From: a virus
Taxonomy: Duplodnaviria; Caudoviricetes
DNA: 62,669 bases
IMG/VR virus record: IMGVR_UViG_3300023184_000123
Coordinates: 1-62,669 of that record
Reading direction: 5' to 3' (one strand)
Shown: piece by piece, positions 31,691 to 41,032 of the stretch
Layout: every line of letters begins with the position of its first letter
Numbering within the stretch: the stretch's first letter is position 1
Notes under the pieces: model-generated
Database searches by the model: none
Told to the model about the DNA's origin: nothing
Seen by the model: only the letters and a program-made list of their open reading frames with translations
Position numbers and translations under genes: made by a program

Positions 31691-32649
31691 CCGATATACC
31701 AACTTGTTCCGTTTGAATAAACTGGTACGCTGTTTGATCCACCGCTGGTGTATGCTGTGCCAAATGTTGATGCATTTGCATCGGTTACAAATGCTCTTGC
31801 ACCCACACCCGAAGTTGCTGCACTGGGAATTGCTGTGCCAGCTGCTGAGTATGTGGTTGTATTTAATAGTGGAGCATTAAACACTCCTGATGAATTAAAT
31901 GTAGCTCTACGAAGTGTAGTTCCTCCTCCAGCTACTCCCAAGGTTATTGTGGATTTGGGCAATGTTTCAGATAATACAGCTCCTGCTTCCCAAGCAGAGG
32001 AAATTATTGCTGATCCTTGATAAGCGGTACCGTTATAACCAGCAATAACAACTCCTCCCAAGTTGTCGCCAGCAACAGTTGTGGTCGGTGATGCTGTTGT
32101 TCCTTTGCTGGCTCGTATACTTACAAATAATTGTCCGTTGGCGCCGCCTGTTATTATTCCCGTGACAGTTAACGGTACAGTGTTGGAAGAACTTATTGCT
32201 AAACCTTCAATGCCAGCACTAATCTTCTGTGCAGTAATGGTGTTTGATACACCAATAGTGATATTCCCAGTGATACTAATATTGCCAGTGCCAGCAATAT
32301 TATACCCACTTAAAGTTAAGTTGCCCCCCAGTGATGGGTTGGTGTCAGCTGCAACTGATGATGTTGTGGTTGTTGTCCACGACAGACTTCCTGCGCCGTC
32401 ATTCCTTAAGAATCCCAATGCATTTGGTGGCAACGTGTTGCCGCCGCTGGCTGTGGATTGCAATGTTTGACTGATGTTATCCCAAACTAGATTATTACCC
32501 GCCAGTGCTTCGCCAATGTTTCTGCCGCCCACTGTGGCTCCATCACCCACGTATAATTTACGTGAGTTGGTAACATAGATCAACTCGCCTTCATCGGGCG
32601 TAATAGTTAATCGATCGGTGTTTGTTCCTCTTCTAATTCTAAGCGACAT
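31687..32649 (-). CDS. Virion structural/fiber-like protein
   Basis: IRRGT...P.EGEL......LYVGDG.T.GG N-terminus, LGGNL motif, G/T/S-rich. Confidence 0.75.
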   Translation of the reverse strand: MSLRIRRGTNTDRLTITPDEGELIYVTNSRKLYVGDGATVGGRNIGEALAGNNLVWDNISQTLQSTASGGNTLPPNALGFLRNDGAGSLSWTTTTTSSVAADTNPSLGGNLTLSGYNIAGTGNISITGNITIGVSNTITAQKISAGIEGLAISSSNTVPLTVTGIITGGANGQLFVSIRASKGTTASPTTTVAGDNLGGVVIAGYNGTAYQGSAIISSAWEAGAVLSETLPKSTITLGVAGGGTTLRRATFNSSGVFNAPLLNTTTYSAAGTAIPSAATSGVGARAFVTDANASTFGTAYTSGGSNSVPVYSNGTSWYIG

Positions 32650-32705
32650 GGGCTATCTCCAGTATTCTGTAGTGTATTTATTCAAATATACAGAAGCTCA
32701 AGCCA

Positions 32706-32734
32706 CAAAAATAGGGCCCGTAGGCCCTATTTTA
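32706..32734. terminator. Intrinsic (bidirectional) terminator ending the RNA-repair operon
   Basis: AAAAATAGGGCC-CGTA-GGCCCTATTTTT. Confidence 0.85.
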
Positions 32735-32745
32735 TACCACTATTA

Positions 32746-33351
32746 TCACATGGTGGGTCCGTTGCCACTTTTGAATCCAATACTGCCGCCTTCTGCTTCG
32801 ATACGTGCAACGACATCTTCAAACAAAATAGGTGCAAAATCGGGAGTTTGTTCCACACAAACACAATGGTACCTAACATCGTTTTCTTCACTGTATAAGA
32901 TATCACCTGTACGTGCGTCAACACCACGAGCCCGCTTCACACGATTTGCGTGGGTGTGTCCGTGAATGTTGGTACCAAACCGGCCCATGCTGTCACTGTG
33001 CAACGGAATATGACTTAATATCATTCCGTTCATCACATGGTAAGCCCGTAACTCACGAAAGTATTCACGATACTCATCATCACGGAAGATGTCGTGGTTG
33101 CCGCGGATTAACACTTTGTCACCGTTTAAACGAGCTAATGTCTTTAAAGCCTTACGGTTGATAACAACATCCCCCAAATGGTACACTTTGTCACTGGGCT
33201 TTACCCGCTCGTTCCACGCCTTGACCATGGCTTCGTCCATCTCATCTGGATCTGTCCATGGCCGCAATTTTGTTACCCCGTCATTTCGGGTAAACTTACA
33301 TACGCCAGTGTGACCAAAGTGTGTGTCGCTGACTAAAAATACACTAGGCAT
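32746..33351 (-). CDS. Metallophosphoesterase (possible RNA end-healing)
   Basis: SDTHFGH, HLGD, RGNHD, HGHTH; start MPSVF after GGAGG. Confidence 0.9.
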   Translation of the reverse strand: MPSVFLVSDTHFGHTGVCKFTRNDGVTKLRPWTDPDEMDEAMVKAWNERVKPSDKVYHLGDVVINRKALKTLARLNGDKVLIRGNHDIFRDDEYREYFRELRAYHVMNGMILSHIPLHSDSMGRFGTNIHGHTHANRVKRARGVDARTGDILYSEENDVRYHCVCVEQTPDFAPILFEDVVARIEAEGGSIGFKSGNGPTM

Positions 33352-33378
33352 AATGCCCTCCTTTCTTGTTAAGTATAT

Positions 33379-33407
33379 ATTATACTGCCAAAAGGAGAAG
33401 TTGTCAA
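33379..33407 (-). promoter_or_regulatory. sigma70 promoter
   Basis: TTGACA-17-TATAAT. Confidence 0.8.
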
Positions 33408-33880
33408 CCTGCGTTCCAAATCTCCTTAAAGCCTTCTTGTTCGGTGGGTTCTTCCCAGCTGGCAATCATGCTGGCAACCACATGGTCTGGAATTTCTTTC
33501 CCAGGCCGACTCATCAAACGCCGCACAAGTTCTTTATGTTCAGGTGTACGAAACACCACAGCAATATGTTCGTAGTCAGGCAGCATATGGAACTTACGAG
33601 CACGACTTTTAACTGTGGTACTGGTTTGATCCCAAATTATAGTATGACCGTGCTCACGTGCAAACACAACTTGTTCAACCATTAAGTCAATGGCTGTGGG
33701 CATGTAGTCTACAAACACTTCACTATAGGTCTTACCTTGTGCTCTTGCATAATCTTCCACAAATGCGTCTGTATTAACTATGGTCAACCCCAACGCCCAC
33801 TCTTGATTTTTAACCCATGTACTTTTACCTGATGCAGGCACGCCAATTAGTTGATAGCATTTTGGCATTTTAATCACCAC
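33404..33880 (-). CDS. Polynucleotide kinase-like P-loop protein (AAA_33)
   Basis: GVPASGKST, NTD, WDQT...R, R...R...IP. Confidence 0.85.
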   Translation of the reverse strand: MVIKMPKCYQLIGVPASGKSTWVKNQEWALGLTIVNTDAFVEDYARAQGKTYSEVFVDYMPTAIDLMVEQVVFAREHGHTIIWDQTSTTVKSRARKFHMLPDYEHIAVVFRTPEHKELVRRLMSRPGKEIPDHVVASMIASWEEPTEQEGFKEIWNAG

Positions 33881-34898
33881 CCTTTAATAAAAATTTATTA
33901 CTAATTGCCTTGAACGAACATTGTGCAGCCTTGCTTTTGAACACAACGCCTTCACGTTCACAGCCAATCATTCCCATAACTGATTTGCCTTCTGCAAATT
34001 TCAGAATACCGTCAATGCTGTTGATACCTAAAGTATCCAACAATTCAGCACCAAATGCCAGCACAGGCACATGTTTGATATCATGTTCCTCAACAAATGC
34101 CTTGCGTTCAGCAGGAGTTAGATATTTGCTGGTATCAATATCGTAGATATCAAACAAGAAAAATTCCTGTCCTTTCTGCTTGTACGGATTACCTTGGATA
34201 CCTTCTCCAATCAACTCACCTTGTAGTGCAAGATTACGATTGGCACGCCGAAGCTTCAACTCCAACTCATTGCGTATTGCAACCTTCCACAGGCTGTTGG
34301 TTTCGCTGGGCTTGAGTTCAAGATTACGGCTACACACACCAAACTCTCCGTCACGCAGGTACACAGTCATTGAGCTGCCATCCAGCTTTTCAGTAACTTC
34401 CCATGCATGTTGTTCCTTGAGCCAGTAGTCAAATTCTTCTGTTAAGTTTTGAACACGTTCTTGGTCAGTCTTTTGGATCCAACCTGGGAACATGCCTTTG
34501 ACTTCACCTGCTAACTGTGCTGGGATTGGTGCTTCGTATTTCACAATGCCAAGTAGTTCAGATACATCCATTCCCTCGTAAATTTCTCCAACCTTGTCTA
34601 GTGCAATTTGTCGCCAAAGCAAAAGTCCTTGGCTCAATTGTCCACGTAGTTTCATTGTACGTAGTCGTTCGCCTTTGACTTCATTGTACACACGAGGGAA
34701 GTTTCCTCTTGATAGAAATGGTGCTATTTCATGAGGGATCCACGAATCAATTTCACAGTACACTGCCAGATCACCAGCGGCATATTCACCCTTCTTTACC
34801 ACGCAGGTCCATCCACCCACAACTGCACATTCAATAGCATCTGCATCCGGGATAGGACGCAGTGCATCAATCTTCCTAATGGTTGCTAACTTTCTCAT
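33870..34898 (-). CDS. RNA ligase, DRB0094/Rnl2-like family
   Basis: MRKLAT start; N-terminal OB module (YCEIDSW, LRGQLSQGL), TEKLDGSS, GELIG, EGVVFK, FKAISNKFL. Confidence 0.9.
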   Translation of the reverse strand: MRKLATIRKIDALRPIPDADAIECAVVGGWTCVVKKGEYAAGDLAVYCEIDSWIPHEIAPFLSRGNFPRVYNEVKGERLRTMKLRGQLSQGLLLWRQIALDKVGEIYEGMDVSELLGIVKYEAPIPAQLAGEVKGMFPGWIQKTDQERVQNLTEEFDYWLKEQHAWEVTEKLDGSSMTVYLRDGEFGVCSRNLELKPSETNSLWKVAIRNELELKLRRANRNLALQGELIGEGIQGNPYKQKGQEFFLFDIYDIDTSKYLTPAERKAFVEEHDIKHVPVLAFGAELLDTLGINSIDGILKFAEGKSVMGMIGCEREGVVFKSKAAQCSFKAISNKFLLKGGD

Positions 34899-34899
34899 G

Positions 34900-35127
34900 T
34901 TATGTTCTCTCTTTTTTAACGCGACCAATTCGGCTCGCTTTGTTCCAATCATAGGCAATGCCATCTGGGCACAGGCCATCCTTTACTGTGTCAACGCCAA
35001 ATCTTCCAACAATTTCAAATTCACCTCCTTTGATAGAAACAAATTTATCAATCAATTTTGCATGTTCCATTGCGGAGTTCAAATCATCAAACTCTACTGC
35101 TACATTATTAAATATTACTTTGTACAT
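34900..35127 (-). CDS. Hypothetical protein, probably leaderless mRNA
   Basis: ATG lies 7 nt after the -10 box. Confidence 0.65.
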   Translation of the reverse strand: MYKVIFNNVAVEFDDLNSAMEHAKLIDKFVSIKGGEFEIVGRFGVDTVKDGLCPDGIAYDWNKASRIGRVKKERT

Positions 35128-35133
35128 GTGAGT

Positions 35134-35162
35134 ATTATACAGTCAAAAAGAAACCCAGTCAA
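35134..35162 (-). promoter_or_regulatory. sigma70 promoter of the RNA ligase/PNK operon
   Basis: TTGACT-17-TATAAT. Confidence 0.8.
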
Positions 35163-35182
35163 TCTAAGCCAACTGGGTTCAG

Positions 35183-35200
35183 TGTTGTATTTTTACAACA
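35183..35200. promoter_or_regulatory. Palindromic operator-like site
   Basis: TGTTGTA-TTTT-TACAACA; near-copies at 49397 and 49502. Confidence 0.65.
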
Positions 35201-35201
35201 G

Positions 35202-36614
35202 TCAGACGTTGTAGCGTGGAACCATCACAGTCTTAAGCATGATGCCTTCTGGAGTGAATTTATCCATGTCAGCGGCCAGCAAGCTGGTCATTATACTTGG
35301 GCTGAATCCACTCACCAAAGCCGCACCACTCTTGTCTGCTGCCACAGGCACGTTGTCTGAACTCTTTAGGTTCCAGAACACAATCTGTGGCATGCTGTAG
35401 CCAGCGGCTTCAAACTTGCGTTCGATCATGGCCATTGCACTGTCGTCATTCTTGACACATTGGTTGAACTGCATGTCACTCAAAATCAGCAACATCTTTG
35501 GCATGTCGCTGGCTGGTACAGATGCCTTGACCGCCACGTCTAGAATCTTGTTCATAGCCGCGTTTAGGTCAGTGCTCATGTCCCAATCGCTACTGGACAT
35601 TTGGCTAACCTTTTGAACAATATTACCCTTTAGAGTAACAAGTTCTGGCTTGCTAGAGAAAGTCAAGAAAGTGTCCTTGAACACACCCTTGTTCTTGTCT
35701 GCTAGGTACAAGCCCAAGCTGACGGAAACATCCATGCAAGTCACATTAGTGTTCTTTCCTGCTGGGCAAGACATAGAACCGCTAACGTCTACGATTGGCA
35801 TGATGCTGGCATCTCCAACGTAGTTAGGCAAAGCGTTCCACTGTGCCACAATGTGGTCAGTTTCTGTCTTGTCCAAACTTGAACGGTAAGAACCGATAAC
35901 ACCCTTCAACACATCATGTGGGAAGATTGCGTTGGCGTTAACCTTAACAGTCTTATCACCACTTACCAACTTGGCCACATACTCTGCAAATGCAAGTGTG
36001 TGACGGTTGAATGCCTTCTTGTATAGTCGAGACGCTACAGAAGGAACGTGACTGAAGTTGATGTTGTCCCAATCTCCTGCACACATTTGGGTTTCAACAA
36101 CTGTGGTCATACCCACCAAACTCTTACGGTATTGCTTGGGAGTCATGCCAAAGAAGGCACGAACTTCAGCCGCGATCTTGCCCTTGCGAGGACACCACTT
36201 TGCAGCCAAACCGTTCTTGGCACGTAGGGCATCGCCCAACATGGCATAAGCGGCCGACTTCAATGCTGAAGTTTGGAACACAAAGATGTCATCCCAACGA
36301 CCCACTTCTGGTATCTTCTTCAACAGTGCCAGTGCGGCATCTGGGTCAGTCTTTTCCAGGTGAACCAAAAGGTCACGGAATAGCTGACGTTCACCTGCAC
36401 CACCACGCACATCACGTGCCCATTGTGCAATGCGTAGTGCCATGTCAGAATTTTCCACATAAGCGGCGGTGAATTCGCCAGTGATGTTCTTACCACGGCT
36501 TGCACCGATCTTGTAGAACAGGTCAACACAAGCCGAAGCTGTGGACTTGCGAGCCTTCATGCCATTGGCAGTACGGGCTTCTTGATTTTGAATTGCTGTT
36601 ACAAATGCGTTCAT
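35202..36614 (-). CDS. DUF2828 / TROVE(Ro60)-like protein with C-terminal VWA domain
   Basis: RDVRGGAGER, GRWDD, AAKW.PR, DVSGSM (MIDAS), SDMQF, VFWNL, SGFS. Confidence 0.85.
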   Translation of the reverse strand: MNAFVTAIQNQEARTANGMKARKSTASACVDLFYKIGASRGKNITGEFTAAYVENSDMALRIAQWARDVRGGAGERQLFRDLLVHLEKTDPDAALALLKKIPEVGRWDDIFVFQTSALKSAAYAMLGDALRAKNGLAAKWCPRKGKIAAEVRAFFGMTPKQYRKSLVGMTTVVETQMCAGDWDNINFSHVPSVASRLYKKAFNRHTLAFAEYVAKLVSGDKTVKVNANAIFPHDVLKGVIGSYRSSLDKTETDHIVAQWNALPNYVGDASIMPIVDVSGSMSCPAGKNTNVTCMDVSVSLGLYLADKNKGVFKDTFLTFSSKPELVTLKGNIVQKVSQMSSSDWDMSTDLNAAMNKILDVAVKASVPASDMPKMLLILSDMQFNQCVKNDDSAMAMIERKFEAAGYSMPQIVFWNLKSSDNVPVAADKSGAALVSGFSPSIMTSLLAADMDKFTPEGIMLKTVMVPRYNV

Positions 36615-36629
36615 TTTATTTTACCTTTA

Positions 36630-36685
36630 CAGAATGTATTTTATTTTCGATTATAGTGAAATTTAAAGTTGCTGTTAACATTCTA
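36630..36685 (-). ncRNA. ACAGCAA-motif small RNA copy 1
   Basis: AGAATGT-TAACAGCAA...TTTCA-CTATAAT-CGAAA...ACATTCT. Confidence 0.65.
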
Positions 36686-36694
36686 AAACTTTAA

Positions 36695-36852
36695 CAGGAT
36701 CGTTGTCTACTTTTTGTTTTTATCGAGGAGACTTGTCGAAACTCCTCTATCTAATCCTATACATGCTGACAACCTTCAAAGCCCTTTCAGGCTCCAGCTG
36801 TCAGCATAAGATTAGCGTTCCATTGTAATATGTAGTTGCTGTACCGATCCTA
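36695..36852 (-). ncRNA. ACAGCAA-motif RNA copy 2 (long, multi-hairpin)
   Basis: AGGATCG-GTACAGCAA...CGATCCT with internal stems ATGCTGACA/TGTCAGCAT and GAGGAG/CTCCTC. Confidence 0.65.
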
Positions 36853-36885
36853 AAACTTCTTAGCAAGTTTCCTTGCTATGCGACT

Positions 36886-36914
36886 ATTATAGTACAAACA
36901 ACATGTGTTGTCTA
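36886..36914 (-). promoter_or_regulatory. sigma70 promoter upstream of RNAs 1-2 and the DUF2828 gene
   Basis: TAGACA-17-TATAAT. Confidence 0.7.
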
Positions 36915-36929
36915 TACATTTTGGTGAAA

Positions 36930-36982
36930 CAGGATACATTTTTCTTCATTTGGATTGAAATAAAATTGCTGTTAGTATCCTA
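36930..36982 (-). ncRNA. ACAGCAA-motif small RNA copy 3
   Basis: AGGATAC-TAACAGCAA...TTTCA-ATCCAAA-TGAAG...GTATCCT. Confidence 0.65.
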
Positions 36983-37041
36983 ATAGGGGCCACTGGTTAG
37001 TGACACATCCACCATCTAGTTAGAATGAACTAGCACATGTT

Positions 37042-37119
37042 TGGAACAACGGGAGGGATTTGAACCCCCGGTTTTCAGGATTTGCAATCCCGTGCATTGG
37101 ACCTCTCTGCCACCGTTGC
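37042..37119 (-). tRNA. tRNA-Cys(GCA)
   Basis: Cloverleaf, loop TTGCAAA, U73, CCA. Confidence 0.9.
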
Positions 37120-37869
37120 ATTAAATTTGCTCATATCAGCACAAGTGTACTTTTGGTACGAGTCTTTCAAGTTGTTGGGCATGGGAATTGTTTCAACAGG
37201 TACACCAAAACTTTTTGCCACATCCATAAAACTCATTGTGCGCCCAGTTCCCAAGTTCCACAAGCCACTAGGTGTATTATACAAGAAATCCAAGTGTGTG
37301 TCAACCAGTTTAGACACATGCACAAAGTCTCTTAGATAGTGTTCACTGCCTTCAAAAACTTGTATGCGTCCTTGTGTTTCAGCTTGGCGTTTGAATTGCA
37401 TAAACGGACTGGCTTGGTTGCCTTTGTGTTCTTCACCTTCAGGACCATACACATTAAAATAACGGAAACCTTGTACTACACTGCCGCTGGGATGATCTCG
37501 CACATAGCGTTCGAACAAGTATTTGCTCCATGCATAAGGAGTACGTGGATCCACAGGAGCATCTTCTCTAAATGTACTGGTTAACCCGTAAACACTTGCT
37601 GTACTTGCGTATTGGAAGTTAACTCCGTACGTTTTACAAGCATCATACAGCTGGCGACTGAAATCAAAGTTCTGTCGCAACACTTTATCTATATCTCTTT
37701 CAGTTGTGCTGCTGATGGCCCCAATATGTATAACCCAATCTTGTTCCATTACGCTGGGAAAATTACCGTCGCCCCAATCGTATGTACTCACAGTGTGTCC
37801 AGCAGACTCCAGTGCTGTCAGCACACGACTACCAATAAAACCTTTATGGCCTGTTAACAGTATGTTCAT
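37075..37869 (-). CDS. hldD: ADP-L-glycero-D-manno-heptose 6-epimerase-like
   Basis: TGHKGFIG, GAISSTTE, YASTASVYG, Y.WSK, RYFNVYGP, RDFVHV, YQKYTCAD. Confidence 0.85.
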   Translation of the reverse strand: MNILLTGHKGFIGSRVLTALESAGHTVSTYDWGDGNFPSVMEQDWVIHIGAISSTTERDIDKVLRQNFDFSRQLYDACKTYGVNFQYASTASVYGLTSTFREDAPVDPRTPYAWSKYLFERYVRDHPSGSVVQGFRYFNVYGPEGEEHKGNQASPFMQFKRQAETQGRIQVFEGSEHYLRDFVHVSKLVDTHLDFLYNTPSGLWNLGTGRTMSFMDVAKSFGVPVETIPMPNNLKDSYQKYTCADMSKFNATVAERSNARDCKS

Positions 37870-38225
37870 TTTTGATTGTCGCCTTTGCCCACACGATAGT
37901 TGTCTTCCACACTGTCTGCTGTGCTGACTTCGATAACTGTGCCTTCTTCAACGCATATCAACTGATGCGGCTCCAACGGTTTGTTTCGCCAAGTGTCGCC
38001 GGGTTTGAGCACAGTAGTTGTTTGATCAGCATTTGCAGTTTCAATACTGGTCACAGTGAACAAACCGTCCAACACATACCAGGTTTCGTCTTTGACAGCA
38101 TGAAAGTGCATGCTGAACTTGGCGCCCGTGTTGAACTTCATAAGTTTGCCACAGTAGTGTTCGTTGGTGGCCCAGATCAATTCGTGGCCCCAGCCTTTTG
38201 GTACTAACCCTGATAATTGTGTCAT
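37866..38225 (-). CDS. Cupin (sugar isomerase-like) protein
   Basis: KGWG.E, SMHFH..KDETWY, PHQL, EVST. Confidence 0.8.
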   Translation of the reverse strand: MTQLSGLVPKGWGHELIWATNEHYCGKLMKFNTGAKFSMHFHAVKDETWYVLDGLFTVTSIETANADQTTTVLKPGDTWRNKPLEPHQLICVEEGTVIEVSTADSVEDNYRVGKGDNQK

Positions 38226-38983
38226 CCTATTTCCTCTAGTGTTGGAGCATAAACTCCCAAATGTTGCACAGTGACCGCACTCGCTGCATTGGCGAATGTA
38301 ATGGCTTTTTTGATATCTCCAGTGTCAAGATACTGGTAAGCTAATGCAGACAAAAAGGTATCACCTGCACCAGTCACATCCACCACTTCTACACTGGGCG
38401 CAGCAACATCTATATCATGATGAACAGCACTGGCGCCTCGACTGCCTCTAGTGACAATTAATCCGGTGCATTCACTTTTAATTCTGCTGTGTTCTAATTC
38501 GTTAATCTTTACCCAGGCACCCTGCATACGTGCTAGGTCTGTTTTCTTAGTGTCGATAAAGATAGGAATACTCAATGCAATCAGCTCTTCGATTAGTTCG
38601 TAGCTGACTGTGCCTTTGTTGTAGTCACTGATTACCACAGCATCGTACACATGGGGGATTGCAGTTTCAAATGTGATAGGCGTTGATTCAACATCCGAAT
38701 CAATACGAACAATCTGTTGTCGACTACGTTCGTCAAGGAGCCTAGTTTTGACACTGGTTTCACCATGCAAATAATTAACGTCACAGCCCAAGGCTTCTAA
38801 GTTGTTGGCCACATTACCAGCCATGCCAGCACGAGTTTCTGTGCGAGTAGGAACAAACACAGGAACAGGAGCTTCGGGGCTTAGTCTATCGATGGTACCA
38901 TACTGGTACACATCAGTACAGTTATCGCCTATTAGCAATATCTTGAATTGTGTTTGTTGTTGAGTATTCACCGACTCTGTCAT
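38222..38983 (-). CDS. Heptose-7-phosphate kinase-like (HldE/RfaE domain I, PfkB)
   Basis: RLSPEAPVPV, GMAGNVA.N, SDYNKG, DVTGAGDT. Confidence 0.9.
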   Translation of the reverse strand: MTESVNTQQQTQFKILLIGDNCTDVYQYGTIDRLSPEAPVPVFVPTRTETRAGMAGNVANNLEALGCDVNYLHGETSVKTRLLDERSRQQIVRIDSDVESTPITFETAIPHVYDAVVISDYNKGTVSYELIEELIALSIPIFIDTKKTDLARMQGAWVKINELEHSRIKSECTGLIVTRGSRGASAVHHDIDVAAPSVEVVDVTGAGDTFLSALAYQYLDTGDIKKAITFANAASAVTVQHLGVYAPTLEEIG

Positions 38984-39323
38984 AAAATATCACTTGATCA
39001 ACATGTTGTTGTGCCACTATACTTTTGCCCCGCCAGTCACTGCCCTTGACCATGATGTTGGGTTTGTACAGTTTAATTAAATCCACTAACTCTTCACGTG
39101 TGTTAAAGATCTCAACATGGTCTACACATTTTAAACTGTTCAGCATGAACTGTCTATCAGTTTGAGTGTTTATGGGACGAGTAGCACCTTTGAGTTCTTT
39201 CACACGAGCGTCGGAATCTATACAAACCAAAAGATAGTCACCTTGACTTTTTGCATAGTGCAACATTTCTAAATGTCCACGATGCAAGATATCAAATGTT
39301 CCGTTTACAATTACTTTGGTCAT
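38922..39323 (-). CDS. Heptose-1-phosphate adenylyltransferase-like (HldE domain II)
   Basis: NGTFDILHRGH, KG..RPIN, KGSDW, YSTT. Confidence 0.9.
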   Translation of the reverse strand: MTKVIVNGTFDILHRGHLEMLHYAKSQGDYLLVCIDSDARVKELKGATRPINTQTDRQFMLNSLKCVDHVEIFNTREELVDLIKLYKPNIMVKGSDWRGKSIVAQQHVDQVIFYDRVGEYSTTNTIQDIANRR

Positions 39324-39329
39324 AATATT

Positions 39330-39404
39330 TGGTACCTGGACACGGTTTCGAACCGCGGACCCTTTCCGTGTAAAGGAAACGCTCTACCCCTGAGCTATCC
39401 AGGC
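39330..39404 (-). tRNA. tRNA-Val(TAC)
   Basis: Cloverleaf, loop TTTACAC, CCA. Confidence 0.95.
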
Positions 39405-39411
39405 AATGTTT

Positions 39412-39693
39412 TTATCGGTGGTACTTGGCCTTGTGATCAATATTGCGATCTCCGGGTTCGTTAAATTTGATCTTCTTCATGTAGCCAGCATCAAGTTTTC
39501 CTTCTTGGAACTCTAACAATGCAGTAACAGCTGAATGCAAGTGTTCAAATTTTTCACTGTCTCGATTCTGTCGACGAATTTCACGTGCTCTAGCAGAAGC
39601 CATGATCACAAGATTGAACCTGTTGCCACCACTCTGTTCAACACACAAATCAGTATCGAGTTCTGGACTACGACTTTGAGTTTTTTTAATCAT
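39412..39693 (-). CDS. rpoZ: RNA polymerase omega subunit-like protein
   Basis: GNRFNLVIMASARAREI...VTALLEFQEG. Confidence 0.8.
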   Translation of the reverse strand: MIKKTQSRSPELDTDLCVEQSGGNRFNLVIMASARAREIRRQNRDSEKFEHLHSAVTALLEFQEGKLDAGYMKKIKFNEPGDRNIDHKAKYHR

Positions 39694-39724
39694 AATTTAC
39701 CTTAGTACCCTTTGTTAAAATGTT

Positions 39725-39753
39725 ATTATACACAGTGTTTGTAACAAAGTCAA
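39725..39753 (-). promoter_or_regulatory. sigma70 promoter
   Basis: TTGACT-17-TATAAT. Confidence 0.75.
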
Positions 39754-39777
39754 CTTCAAAAATAGTACAAACACAAA

Positions 39778-40854
39778 CTATCCAATAATTTTTAAAACTT
39801 CTAAAAACGTATCTTTATAGGATACATTTCGTTTTTCATCCAGCATTTCCATATTTTCAATAAGTTTTTGAAATTTGCCCGGAACTTCAGGATGAGATTT
39901 TAACAAACGAGTTATAATATGATCAGTTCCAAACTTGTCTTCAATATGCTTTCTCAATTGTAACGGAGTAGCATCTATGCCCCATGTACCAAAGCATGGA
40001 CTAACTTGCAATCCAGAAAACTCATTGCTTCTGCTAGGCCATGATCTTTTTGAATGCCACGTTTCTAATTCTTTAAAATAAAAGATATTCATGGGATTAG
40101 CTGTAAACTGTATGTAAAAGCCCAGCTTGTCTTTTAATATACTATCATAGTGTAGCATGTTATGCTCTACTTTCTTCCAACTCAGTGGCCAACGTATGTA
40201 ATCAAACTGCTCATTCATTCCATCTATGCTGAATGCAAGATCGACCTGTTTAAATGTTGACCATAATTCTATTAATTCAGAATCTGGCAAAATACTACCG
40301 TTTGTGTTATAGAACACTTCTACATTTGACGGGGTAGTTACACGTTTCAAAAAATCTACATTGTGTTCACTGAGTAATGGTTCTCCACCCACAAAATCCA
40401 AACGGGTAAGTTTATCAAAGTTAGTAAAAGATATTAACTTTTGATATTGAAGCGAATAATTTTTTAATTTAGCATTAGGGTTATTTTGTTTCTGCCAAAG
40501 ACTACTAGAATGCGGCCCACAGATTGTACATGCCGCATTACATGTTAAATCGATCTGTACCGCAATGTGGTACATATCACCGTCCACTGCATCTTCTGGT
40601 ATAGAAGTTTTGGCAACTTGTCTATGACTGACTCCGTATTGGTTTTGCTCGCGTCCAAGACACTCATGGCAATTTTTTTCAGTATCGGAAAGTACATTTT
40701 TTGTAAACTGTCGTCTAACTGAAGTTAGTTGTATTTTATGTTCTATAGGCGTGGTACTTGGAGCAATCCAACAGCATGGCTGATACACAATGTTGCCATC
40801 TTTTTCAAGGAAACGAAAAGAGTTACTTAGTTTTCTACAAAATTCATTGGCCAT
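39778..40854 (-). CDS. Radical SAM/twitch domain protein
   Basis: PCC, CHEC, CNAACTIC, GGEP. Confidence 0.9.
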   Translation of the reverse strand: MANEFCRKLSNSFRFLEKDGNIVYQPCCWIAPSTTPIEHKIQLTSVRRQFTKNVLSDTEKNCHECLGREQNQYGVSHRQVAKTSIPEDAVDGDMYHIAVQIDLTCNAACTICGPHSSSLWQKQNNPNAKLKNYSLQYQKLISFTNFDKLTRLDFVGGEPLLSEHNVDFLKRVTTPSNVEVFYNTNGSILPDSELIELWSTFKQVDLAFSIDGMNEQFDYIRWPLSWKKVEHNMLHYDSILKDKLGFYIQFTANPMNIFYFKELETWHSKRSWPSRSNEFSGLQVSPCFGTWGIDATPLQLRKHIEDKFGTDHIITRLLKSHPEVPGKFQKLIENMEMLDEKRNVSYKDTFLEVLKIIG

Positions 40855-40871
40855 TTTTTGTTTCCTTGTTT

Positions 40872-40947
40872 TGGTTGCGGGACTTGGATTCGAACCACCG
40901 ACCTCTAGGTTATGAGCCTAGCCAGATACCACTTCTAACACTCTGCG
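40872..40947 (-). tRNA. tRNA-Met(CAT), initiator-like C1:A72
   Basis: Loop CTCATAA; imperfect T stem. Confidence 0.8.
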
Positions 40948-40953
40948 TCAACT

Positions 40954-41027
40954 TGGTGGAGGATAACAGAATCGAACTGTTACGAAGACCTTGCAAAGGT
41001 CCCAGGCTCCCATTACATCAATCCCCC
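40954..41027 (-). tRNA. tRNA-Ala(TGC)
   Basis: G3:U70, loop TTTGCAA. Confidence 0.9.
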
Positions 41028-41032
41028 AAACT

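Noticed and set aside
36630-36982. Repeats upstream of DUF2828 as a CRISPR array
   Set aside because: The units are covarying stems of unequal length, not identical direct repeats with spacers, and no cas genes are present.
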